Assembly: GCA_036507655.1 (NCBI GenBank)
Contig: DATCIS010000019.1
Location: forward strand, 10,736-74,735
Origin: Candidatus Saccharimonadales bacterium
GTDB lineage: Bacteria; Patescibacteriota; Saccharimonadia; Saccharimonadales; UBA10212
DNA: 64,000 nt
Reading direction: 5' to 3'
In this document: positions 37,240 to 45,178 of the stretch, piece after piece
Numbering within the stretch: position 1 is the stretch's first letter
How the letters are laid out: the number at the start of each line of letters is the position of its first letter
The notes under the pieces: generated by a model
Databases searched by the model: none
What the model saw: only the letters and a program-made list of their open reading frames with translations
What the model was told of the DNA's origin: nothing
Made by a program: the position numbers and the translations under genes

Positions 37240-39774
37240 CTAAACTCGTTCGGCGCCAAGTTCAGTTTCAGCCCTAGCGCTTATTTCATCAAGGATTTGA
37301 TTGACTTCGGGCGTGGTTAGAGTTCTCTGTGGATGCCAAAGTGTCAGCCGCCAAGTAGTCTGTTTAAGGCCTTTGCCCTTTGCTCGCTGGAAAATGTCGA
37401 GCGGCTCAATCGTAACACTGTAGCCGTGTTCTTTGGCGGCTTTATCTAGTTGCGTACCTAAAAAATCGGTCAATGCCGCATACGAAAACTGCGTTGATGA
37501 GCGTAAACACAGATCTTGATCAAGGCTAGGGAAGCGATTGAGCGGACGGTAATTGATCCGGGCGGCCGCTATGCTTTGTAGCAATGCAATATCGAGTTCG
37601 GCCATAGATGAGTCTGCCGAGAGCTTAAGAGCCAATTTCAGCTCGGCAGATGGTTCTCCGACAATCCCTAGAGCATTGCGACCGGCATATACCACGGCTG
37701 TACGTCGAGGTTCATAGGCCTCTGAGGCAACCTGCCATTCCTTGGTCAGTTTTTTAACTTCATCAAGCGGCTGATATTGGATATCGTCAATACTTAACTT
37801 GTTAAGTAAATTGTCTATATAATATTTAGCCCTATAGAATGGAGCGCCCAATTCTTTAGTCTTATCGACTGAGACCAGGACCAGGCCCAACCTCAGCAGT
37901 TCCGCCGGCAATTTTTCACTGTTATCTACTCCCCTGATGTGAGCCGCGCCAATTTCAAACAAGGCGAAACTGCTAAATCGGGCTTTGATATTTGGATGGA
38001 CTTTCTCAAGTAAGCTCGGCGTTAAACTCAATCGGTAATATTGTAAATCGGGGCTAGTTGCGTTGCGGATATGGTAGGCGTCTTTAGTAGCTTGGCCGGC
38101 ATTTTCAATCAGAGAACCGTGAACAAAACTATACGTCAAAACTTCATTAGCGCCAGCTGACGATAGAATGCCGCGCATGCGTGATTTGAAAGCCAGCACC
38201 GGATCAAGCTCAGCCGGGCTTAAATCGCGCGGCGGCAGCTGCTGTGGTAGATGCTCGTAACCATAGAGGCGCCCGATCTCTTCAACTATGTCTTCGGGGA
38301 TTTTTATGTCCTTCCGCCAGAACGGCACCTGGACCGCCAATGTTTTGCCACTCGTTTTAATCCTGAACTCAACATTTTCTAACAGCCGGCTCATTTCGCT
38401 AGCAGATAAGTTTATGCCTAAGCGTTCATTAACGAAAATAGTTGTGACTTTAACTGTCGGTGGCTTTACCAACTGACCTTTAAGGTCGTAAATACTGCGT
38501 GCTGGCAGCCCGCCCGACTCATGGATGACGGAGTCGACGGCGCGAGCCAGCACGCGGTCGGTCTGCCAGGGGGACTGATTTTTTGTGAAGCGGGCGGCAG
38601 CATCCGTAAATAGACCATAATCCATAGCGGTTCTGCGCGTGACGCGCATATCGAAATTACCGACTTCCAAAATGATACTTCTGGTTTTCTCATCAACTTC
38701 GGTTGCCGCCCCGCCCATTACCCCCGCCAAACCGATTGGCTGTTTATCTGTGGCAATCACCAGCTCGCCGCCTGACAGAGTAACTTCTTTACCGCCTAGC
38801 AACACCAGTTTTTCGCCCTTTTGGGCTTCACGGACTACAATTTTTGCTTGATTGTTGCCGCATAGACTTTTTAGCTTGTCGTAATCATAGGCGTGAATCG
38901 GCTGAGCCGTTTCAATCATTAGAAAGTTGGTAACATCGACGATGTTATTGATAGGCCGTACCCCAACGCGAGCCAAATAGCTTCGAATATCTAGTGAGGC
39001 ATCGTTGACTTTGACGTTTTTAACGACTTGCATCATAAACCGTGGGACCAAATTTGGTACCTGGTTTTTAACGCTTAGCAGCTTGTCGTCTGTCTTGTGG
39101 CGGCCGGTAGTCTTATCGCCCAAGTACCACTTGGGCGAGCGGAAAACCATGTGTTGAATGCCGGCCAGTTCGCGGGCTATGCCCAGCATGCCAAAACAGT
39201 CCGGCCGATGCGTGAACATCTTGTTTTCGATATCGATTATATAATCATCCAACTCATAAACTTTGGCAAAATTATCGCCTGGTTTGGCAGCTTTATCAAT
39301 TTCAATAATCCCGGTGTGGTCATCGCCCAGCTCCAGCTCTTTGGCGCTGGCCAACATGCCGTGGCTAACCACACCGCGGATCTCTCGAACTTCCAAGGTA
39401 AGCGGTTCTTTATCGATTGTGCTCGGAACAGCTACACCTGGCGGAATCCAGGCGGCTAACATACCGGTTTTGACGTTCGGCGCGCCGCAGACAATTTCAA
39501 TCAGCCCGTCTTTGTCACGTTTTACGCCCTTGATTTTGCCACCGTCGTCAGCCAAACAAACGCTTAGCTTATCGGCGTTTGGGTGCTTCTGGTTTGAAAC
39601 AACTTTAACGACAACAATCCCTTTGTATTTTTTTCCAACGTCAATAACTTCTTCTACGGCCCCGAGCTGGGCTCCTATTTTCTCAACTAAAGCATCAACA
39701 CCGTCAGGAACAAGATTGGCCGAGCACTGGTCGGCCTCGACAATCGACCTAATCCAGTTAAGGCTAACCTTCAT
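37240..39774 (-). CDS. pheT: phenylalanine--tRNA ligase beta subunit
   Basis: 844 aa; tRNA-binding, B3/B4, B5, catalytic-like and anticodon-binding domain order typical of PheT. Confidence 0.95.
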   Translation of the reverse strand: MKVSLNWIRSIVEADQCSANLVPDGVDALVEKIGAQLGAVEEVIDVGKKYKGIVVVKVVSNQKHPNADKLSVCLADDGGKIKGVKRDKDGLIEIVCGAPNVKTGMLAAWIPPGVAVPSTIDKEPLTLEVREIRGVVSHGMLASAKELELGDDHTGIIEIDKAAKPGDNFAKVYELDDYIIDIENKMFTHRPDCFGMLGIARELAGIQHMVFRSPKWYLGDKTTGRHKTDDKLLSVKNQVPNLVPRFMMQVVKNVKVNDASLDIRSYLARVGVRPINNIVDVTNFLMIETAQPIHAYDYDKLKSLCGNNQAKIVVREAQKGEKLVLLGGKEVTLSGGELVIATDKQPIGLAGVMGGAATEVDEKTRSIILEVGNFDMRVTRRTAMDYGLFTDAAARFTKNQSPWQTDRVLARAVDSVIHESGGLPARSIYDLKGQLVKPPTVKVTTIFVNERLGINLSASEMSRLLENVEFRIKTSGKTLAVQVPFWRKDIKIPEDIVEEIGRLYGYEHLPQQLPPRDLSPAELDPVLAFKSRMRGILSSAGANEVLTYSFVHGSLIENAGQATKDAYHIRNATSPDLQYYRLSLTPSLLEKVHPNIKARFSSFALFEIGAAHIRGVDNSEKLPAELLRLGLVLVSVDKTKELGAPFYRAKYYIDNLLNKLSIDDIQYQPLDEVKKLTKEWQVASEAYEPRRTAVVYAGRNALGIVGEPSAELKLALKLSADSSMAELDIALLQSIAAARINYRPLNRFPSLDQDLCLRSSTQFSYAALTDFLGTQLDKAAKEHGYSVTIEPLDIFQRAKGKGLKQTTWRLTLWHPQRTLTTPEVNQILDEISARAETELGAERV

Positions 39775-39937
39775 TCTTGGCCTCTCGCATCGCCTCTTCG
39801 TGCTCTATCGATTTCATAGATATCTCCAGGTTGCAAGCATTGTTAGCCTTGCAAAAAGCTTCGCACTCTTTGGCTAGATTCTCGTTCCGGTAATGGTGCC
39901 CGCACTCCGGACACTGGAAAATTTTTTCCTGGCTCAT
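39764..39937 (-). CDS. unannotated 57-aa Cys-rich (zinc-ribbon-like) small protein between pheS and pheT
   Basis: MSQEKIFQCPECGHHYRNENLAKECEAFCKANNACNLEISMKSIEHEEAMREAKNEG. Its ATG overlaps the pheS TGA (ATGA), and its last codons overlap the pheT ATG. It is below the ORF-track length cutoff. Confidence 0.45.
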   Translation of the reverse strand: MSQEKIFQCPECGHHYRNENLAKECEAFCKANNACNLEISMKSIEHEEAMREAKNEG

Positions 39938-40980
39938 GAAAACTGCCTCAGGAATGCTAAATTGCCACTTTCAAAATGACGGATGTCTTCGATGTTGTAT
40001 TTGAGCATCACTAGACGCTCGATGCCGAATCCCCAGGCAAAGCCGGTGTATTGGCTCGGGTTGATTCCGCCCTCTTTCAGAACATTGGGATGTATCATAC
40101 CGCAGCCGCCGAGTTCTATCCATCCGGTGTGTCCGCAGACATTACAGCCGGCTCCGCCGCAGAATGGACAACTGGCGGCGAATTCAAAACTGGGTTCAGT
40201 GAACGGGAAATAGAAGGGCTGGATTTTGATATCAATATCTTTTTGATAATAGTTGCTCAGCCAGGCTTTGATGGTCGCCACAAGATGTCCGGCGTGAATT
40301 CCCTTATCCACATAAACGCCCTCCAGTTGGTAAAAAGTGTGCTCGTGGCGGGCGTCCAAATCTTCGTTGCGGAAAACTCGGCCGGGAATTACAACTGCTA
40401 TCGCTTGACCGTTTTTGAGATTACCAGCGTACTGCTTCAGTACGCGGTTTTGCATGGTGCTGGTGTGGGCCGGCGCTATCAGCTTTTCGTCGGTCACAAA
40501 CGTGTCATAATCGTCGCGTGCCGGATGACCGGGCGGGAAGTTGAGCGAGCCGAACATATGGTAATCATCATCAAGCTCGCGCGATTCTACGGCCGTAAAA
40601 CCCATGCGGGCAAATATGTCGAGAGTAGTTTCCAGCTCGGTCATTAATGGATGCTGGCTGCCATATTCAGACGCTAAAAGTTTAGGGCGGTCGTCGGGCT
40701 CAACATTGGTATCAAATGGCGCGGTTACATCGATAGGAGTGCTTTTGGCTTTTGGCTTTTGGCTTTTTGTCAGTGAAATCAGGTTTTCCAACTCTTGCTT
40801 CAGTTGGTTGACTTCTCGACCGAATTCGGCGCGGGCTTTCCCCGCTGGTAATGTTTTTATGTGGTCAAACAAGGCTTGAAGCTCTGGAGCGCGTAAAATT
40901 ACCGGCTTATCATCAAGCTTGTCAAACTTAGCTTTCAGCCGTCTGGCAGCTTCCCGTATTTCGGGGTTCTTATACACCAT
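39934..40980 (-). CDS. pheS: phenylalanine--tRNA ligase alpha subunit
   Basis: 348 aa; class II motifs including FPFTEPSFEFA and GFAWGFGIERL. Confidence 0.95.
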   Translation of the reverse strand: MVYKNPEIREAARRLKAKFDKLDDKPVILRAPELQALFDHIKTLPAGKARAEFGREVNQLKQELENLISLTKSQKPKAKSTPIDVTAPFDTNVEPDDRPKLLASEYGSQHPLMTELETTLDIFARMGFTAVESRELDDDYHMFGSLNFPPGHPARDDYDTFVTDEKLIAPAHTSTMQNRVLKQYAGNLKNGQAIAVVIPGRVFRNEDLDARHEHTFYQLEGVYVDKGIHAGHLVATIKAWLSNYYQKDIDIKIQPFYFPFTEPSFEFAASCPFCGGAGCNVCGHTGWIELGGCGMIHPNVLKEGGINPSQYTGFAWGFGIERLVMLKYNIEDIRHFESGNLAFLRQFS

Positions 40981-41037
40981 CTTGTTAAAAAGTATAACAA
41001 CTCTAACCCCTATACCCTAGCGCCTCCACCGCGGCTT

Positions 41038-41119
41038 TGCCGTATAAGACACCCCTTTGGGTTTCCTATCGCGCAGGGCGCGGAATGAATCCGCTACTCG
41101 GGATACCTTCCCGAGGAAT
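41038..41119 (-). repeat. double-hairpin intergenic repeat element, copy D (inverted orientation, in pheS 5' leader)
   Basis: Minus strand cctcgggaaggtatcccgagtagcggattcattccgcgccctgcgcgataggaaacccaaaggggtgtcttatacggc; matches copy C 5' module and copy B 3' module. Confidence 0.6.
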
Positions 41120-41124
41120 AAGTT

Positions 41125-41157
41125 CTATATCCTATTCATTAAATCCTATATCCTATT
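41125..41157 (+). promoter_or_regulatory. two perfect 12-bp direct repeats CTATATCCTATT with 21-bp period, ending 4 nt before the GH63-like gene ATG
   Basis: ttCTATATCCTATTcattaaatcCTATATCCTATTagt ATG. Confidence 0.4.
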
Positions 41158-41160
41158 AGT

Positions 41161-42477
41161 ATGGATGAGATTGAGCTTCTTAAGAACGCTCAAGAAGTTC
41201 TGAAACAAAACGACAGGAGAAAGTGGACAGTGCCGGCTGGCGATCTATACCCTCATCAATGGTTGTGGGACAGCTGTTTTATTGCCATTGGATTGAGGCA
41301 TCTGGACGTTGAGCGTGCCCAGACAGAGCTTATAAGCTTGCTGCGTGGCCAGTGGAACAACGGTATGCTCCCCAATATTATTTTCTCAGAAGGCGAGGAA
41401 CACCGCCGCCACCGCGAGCTCTGGCGCAGTTATGTCAGTCCTTATGCCCCGCCCAAAATCGCCACCTCGGGTATAACCCAGCCGCCCATGTTGGCCGAAG
41501 CTGTAGTGCAAATCGGCCAAAAGCTCGCTCAGCCGGAAAGACGCAGCTGGTACCGCCAAATGTACCCCTACCTGCTCAATTATCATCGATGGCTTTATGC
41601 CGACCGCGACCCGCATGGCGAAGGCTTAATAATCTTACTGCACCCCTACGAATGCGGCATGGACAACTCGCCGCCCTGGATTAGTGAACTTCGTAAACAC
41701 AGTATGCCCTGGTGGATAAGCTTAATCGAGAGATTGCGCCTGGATGGCATCGTCAATTTTGTCAGACGAGATACGCGCCACGTACCGCCTGGTCAGCGTA
41801 TGAGCAATATCGAGGCCATGGCTTATTGGGCGGCGGTCCATCGGCTAAGACGTAAGGCTTATAACTCTGAAGCTTTGCTTTCGCGTTCGCTCTTCGCGGT
41901 CGAAGATTTAGGGTTTAACTGTATCCTAATCCGAGCCAACACTCGTCTGCAGACAATCGCTAGGGATATCGGTCATAAAATACCAGAGGGCTTAGCCCGA
42001 AAGATGCAAAAAACCGAGGCCGCCTTAGAGCAGTTATGGGATGAGAACAGCGGCCAATATTACAGCCGCAGTTTTGTCAGCCATAAATTGATAGAAGAAC
42101 CGACAATTGCCACATTGTTACCTCTTTATGCCGGTAGTATTACAAATGAGCGGGCTGAGCATTTGTATAAGGCGTTAAGATCTAAGGAGCACTTCGCACT
42201 AAAATGGCCGGTACCGAGCGTGCCGTACGACTCCGGCTTTTTTGAGCCGCTCAAATATTGGCAAGGACCGACATGGGTAAATACTAACTGGCTGATAATC
42301 GATGGTTTAAAACGTTACGGTTTTGAGACCGAAGCCAAAAACTTGCAAGATAGGACTCTTCGATTAGTGGCCAGGGGTGGGTTGAACGAATATTTCAACC
42401 CGTTCAACGGTCAGGCCGCTGGTGCCGAAAAATTCTCATGGACTGCCGCTCTTACTATAGATTTACTTAAGAACTAG
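41161..42477 (+). CDS. (alpha/alpha)6-barrel glycoside hydrolase, GH63-like (mannosylglycerate/glucosylglycerate hydrolase or debranching-enzyme-like)
   Basis: 438 aa; HQWLWDSCFIAIGL, PYECGMDNSPPW, YWQGPTWVNTNWLIIDGL motifs typical of GH63/MGH-type hydrolases. Confidence 0.5.
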   Translation: MDEIELLKNAQEVLKQNDRRKWTVPAGDLYPHQWLWDSCFIAIGLRHLDVERAQTELISLLRGQWNNGMLPNIIFSEGEEHRRHRELWRSYVSPYAPPKIATSGITQPPMLAEAVVQIGQKLAQPERRSWYRQMYPYLLNYHRWLYADRDPHGEGLIILLHPYECGMDNSPPWISELRKHSMPWWISLIERLRLDGIVNFVRRDTRHVPPGQRMSNIEAMAYWAAVHRLRRKAYNSEALLSRSLFAVEDLGFNCILIRANTRLQTIARDIGHKIPEGLARKMQKTEAALEQLWDENSGQYYSRSFVSHKLIEEPTIATLLPLYAGSITNERAEHLYKALRSKEHFALKWPVPSVPYDSGFFEPLKYWQGPTWVNTNWLIIDGLKRYGFETEAKNLQDRTLRLVARGGLNEYFNPFNGQAAGAEKFSWTAALTIDLLKN

Positions 42478-42494
42478 CTTTACCGGAGCTCTAT

Positions 42495-43559
42495 TTATTC
42501 GTCATCCATATTGGGGCGCTCAAGCAACATCGGGTCTACACCGGAGCTGGTTTCAGCGATTTTTACGACATCTTTATCTATTTTGCCCAACTCTTTATAA
42601 GTGGCGTTATAATGCCCAACGGTCGTACTCAAACTACCGCCAAGTTTTTGCATATAGACATTGTGAGCAACAAGATGCCTGCTCAGTTGCTCGATATTTC
42701 TGCGAATTCTTTCGGTATCTTGATGGATTTCTAGCGACCGAAGACCTTGGACTATGATTTGCAACATGGCCGCCAATGTGCTGGGCCCGACGATGGTGAC
42801 TTTCTTCTCAGAGGCGGCATAGTGCATCAGGTTACGGCCGCTTACACCCCCAAGACCGACTTTATTAGCCAGTAAATCATAGTAAATCGCCTCGCTCGGA
42901 ATAAACATCAAAGCCTGGTCCAAAGTATTTTTGTTTTGCTTGATATATTTGGACGTTTCGTCTATGCGCTTTTTTAAATCCTCTTTGAAAGCTTTTTCAA
43001 GAGCCGGACGATCCTCAGCCCTAGCTTCAACTAAGCGATTATAGTTCTCTAGGGAAAATTTACTGTCGATCGGCAACAACTTGTCGTCCAGCTTGATAAT
43101 AGCGTCAACTATCAGACCTTCGGCGAGCTTGTATTGAAGCTGGAATGTTCCGGGGGGGAGCATATCCTTTAAGATCTGCTCCAGATAGTATTCACCCAGG
43201 ACTCCGCGCTGTTTGGGGTTTTGTAGGACATTTTGTAGAGTCTTAAGCTCGGCCGCTACGTCGCCAACGCTCTTATTTGTTCTGTCCAGTTCTGTAAGTT
43301 TTTGAGTTACCTCGGTAATTATTTTGGCGCTGGCTTGGAACTGAGCAGCCATCTGTTTATTACTGGTGCCGAGCTGTTCTGTTAGTTGTTTTTGCAAGCC
43401 TTGTTGCAGCGCGCCCATAGACTTAGTTAGCTCAACCATATCGGCCTTTAAAAGTAGTGCTGAGTCGGACTTCGAATTTTTCGGACGACTTAGCTGCCAA
43501 AAAATAAAGCCAGCTAGCACCAAACACAAAACTCCCAAAATAATAATAGCCGCGACCAT
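42495..43559 (-). CDS. rmuC: DNA recombination protein RmuC; start set at MVAAIIILG
   Basis: N-terminal TM, long coiled coil, C-terminal RmuC nuclease-like domain; the ORF-track start at 43604 would lie inside a hairpin. Confidence 0.8.
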   Translation of the reverse strand: MVAAIIILGVLCLVLAGFIFWQLSRPKNSKSDSALLLKADMVELTKSMGALQQGLQKQLTEQLGTSNKQMAAQFQASAKIITEVTQKLTELDRTNKSVGDVAAELKTLQNVLQNPKQRGVLGEYYLEQILKDMLPPGTFQLQYKLAEGLIVDAIIKLDDKLLPIDSKFSLENYNRLVEARAEDRPALEKAFKEDLKKRIDETSKYIKQNKNTLDQALMFIPSEAIYYDLLANKVGLGGVSGRNLMHYAASEKKVTIVGPSTLAAMLQIIVQGLRSLEIHQDTERIRRNIEQLSRHLVAHNVYMQKLGGSLSTTVGHYNATYKELGKIDKDVVKIAETSSGVDPMLLERPNMDDE

Positions 43560-43590
43560 AACGCTACCCCTCTTTAAATTTATGGACAAA

Positions 43591-43620
43591 GAAGCGGCGA
43601 TCAACCGCTTCTTTGTTTTA
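43591..43620 (+). terminator. hairpin GAAGCGG-cgatcaa-CCGCTTC followed by TTTGTTTT (terminator-like, plus-strand sense)
   Basis: read directly; sits in the rmuC upstream region. Confidence 0.35.
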
Positions 43621-43853
43621 GAGGGCTTGTCCTTTTCGATAGCTTTTGGCGAAAGTGCACTTTCTTAAAACATCTACGTGTTCTTAAGCAACTTCTACTT
43701 CGAGACAATTTTTCCAAGTACCCGCACCTTCTAGCAGTTTTACCGGCAGGGATCTCATGAAATGCGATATGCCATACATATACCCCATCTGGTGTAAATC
43801 TAATTATACTCCCAGCGTTAAAAAAACTTGAAGTATTTATGACAATAGCAAGA

Positions 43854-44585
43854 CTAATCTATAGCGATACGGGTAAGGAGGAACATAGAAAGAGCGCCCA
43901 TAATTGTTAGGCCAATTGTCAGGCGGGAAGAATTTTTGCTATGCGCCTGCGGTAAGATGTCGCTGGCGCCGATATATAGTAAAAAGCCGGCAAAAAACCC
44001 CAGATAAACCGCCAACACAGCTCCCGAGAGCGAAAAAAGTAAACTGCTTAGGCCGCCCATAATCGGCATCACCGCGGCTATCGCCAGCATTTTTTTAGCC
44101 CGGGATGGTTTGTTTTGGTGGTAAAGCATAACGTTGGTGGTGTTAAAACCATCGGCGAAGCGGTGGCCAATGACGGCAATTGCTACTGCTGCACCGACCG
44201 CAGTGCTAACTTGGAAGCCGATGCCTATACTCAGACCGTCTAGAAAGCTGTGTCCTGACAAAGCCACTGCCCCTGCAACACCGACAAAAGGATGCCGGTG
44301 CGGACCGTATTTTTCTTCGCTGCCATGGTGAATCAAGATAAGTTTTTCGATTACGTGAAATAGCAGAAAACCGCTGACCAAGGTTATCATTGGCCAAATA
44401 GGGTCAAGGTTTTCTGAGAAGCTAATCTCGAAAATCTCGGGTAGTAAGTTAAATGCCACCAACCCTAAAATCAAGCCGGCGGTAAAACCGAAGGCCAGGT
44501 GCAGCCTGCGTCGCCCGCGGATAGCAATAAACCCACCCAGCAATGCTGCCAAGGCAGCCGCCAGGGTTAGGAGGAACAACACCAT
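43854..44585 (-). CDS. ZIP-family metal (zinc/iron) permease
   Basis: 243 aa, 8 predicted TM, His-rich motifs HHGSEEKYGPHRH and SGHSFLDGLSIGIG. Confidence 0.85.
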   Translation of the reverse strand: MVLFLLTLAAALAALLGGFIAIRGRRRLHLAFGFTAGLILGLVAFNLLPEIFEISFSENLDPIWPMITLVSGFLLFHVIEKLILIHHGSEEKYGPHRHPFVGVAGAVALSGHSFLDGLSIGIGFQVSTAVGAAVAIAVIGHRFADGFNTTNVMLYHQNKPSRAKKMLAIAAVMPIMGGLSSLLFSLSGAVLAVYLGFFAGFLLYIGASDILPQAHSKNSSRLTIGLTIMGALSMFLLTRIAID

Positions 44586-44612
44586 GAGTTTATTCTATAT
44601 TCCGAACTCTAG

Positions 44613-44624
44613 AATTTGCAAATT
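44613..44624. promoter_or_regulatory. 12-bp perfect palindrome AATTTGCAAATT in the ZIP/Fur-family divergent promoter region (candidate Zur/Fur box)
   Basis: agAATTTGCAAATTtgtcgcaatttttt read directly; AT-rich flanks. Confidence 0.45.
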
Positions 44625-44653
44625 TGTCGCAATTTTTTATAATTTTGCTATAG

Positions 44654-45076
44654 ATGCACTACAAAACGTTGCGGGCACTACTGAAGAAAAACGGTTCGAG
44701 CCTTACCAAGCCGCGTAAGGTTGTTTTTGATTTACTTTTCAACCAAAAACCACAGACTATGCAGGTCTTAATCGGTCGGGCTAAAGATAGGGTGGACCGA
44801 GCCAGCGTTTATAGAGCTATGGAGTTGTTTGAGAAGCTGGGAATTGTCAACCGCTTAAATATCGGCTGGAAATACAAGTTCGAGTTATCTGATGTCTTCC
44901 AAGAACACCACCATCATTTCCACTGTACCAACTGCGGTACAACGTTCAGTCTTGAGCCAAACTCGATGCTTGAGACAATGATAGATACAGTAGCTGCCAA
45001 ATCCGGTCACTCGCCACGAGGCCACCAGCTAGAGGTTTACGGATTATGCGCCGATTGCCAACGTCGGACCGCCTAA
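44654..45076 (+). CDS. zur: Fur-family transcriptional regulator (Zur-like, divergent from ZIP transporter)
   Basis: 140 aa; winged helix then HHHHFHCTNCG ... LCADCQ metal-binding motifs. Confidence 0.85.
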   Translation: MHYKTLRALLKKNGSSLTKPRKVVFDLLFNQKPQTMQVLIGRAKDRVDRASVYRAMELFEKLGIVNRLNIGWKYKFELSDVFQEHHHHFHCTNCGTTFSLEPNSMLETMIDTVAAKSGHSPRGHQLEVYGLCADCQRRTA

Positions 45077-45093
45077 CTTTTTGATCATTTTTT

Positions 45094-45174
45094 CCGGATG
45101 AGCAGCCCGACAAAATGTATTCCATTTTGCCGGTGCGATGAGAAACCGCGAAGGGGTTTCTCATAAGGCCGGAG
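45094..45174 (+). repeat. double-hairpin intergenic repeat element, copy A (between convergent zur and MFS genes)
   Basis: ccggatgagcagcccgaCAAAATGtattcCATTTTGccggtgcgATGAGAAACCgcgaaggGGTTTCTCATaaggccgg; two perfect hairpins (7-bp and 10-bp stems). Confidence 0.65.
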
Positions 45175-45178
45175 GCCG

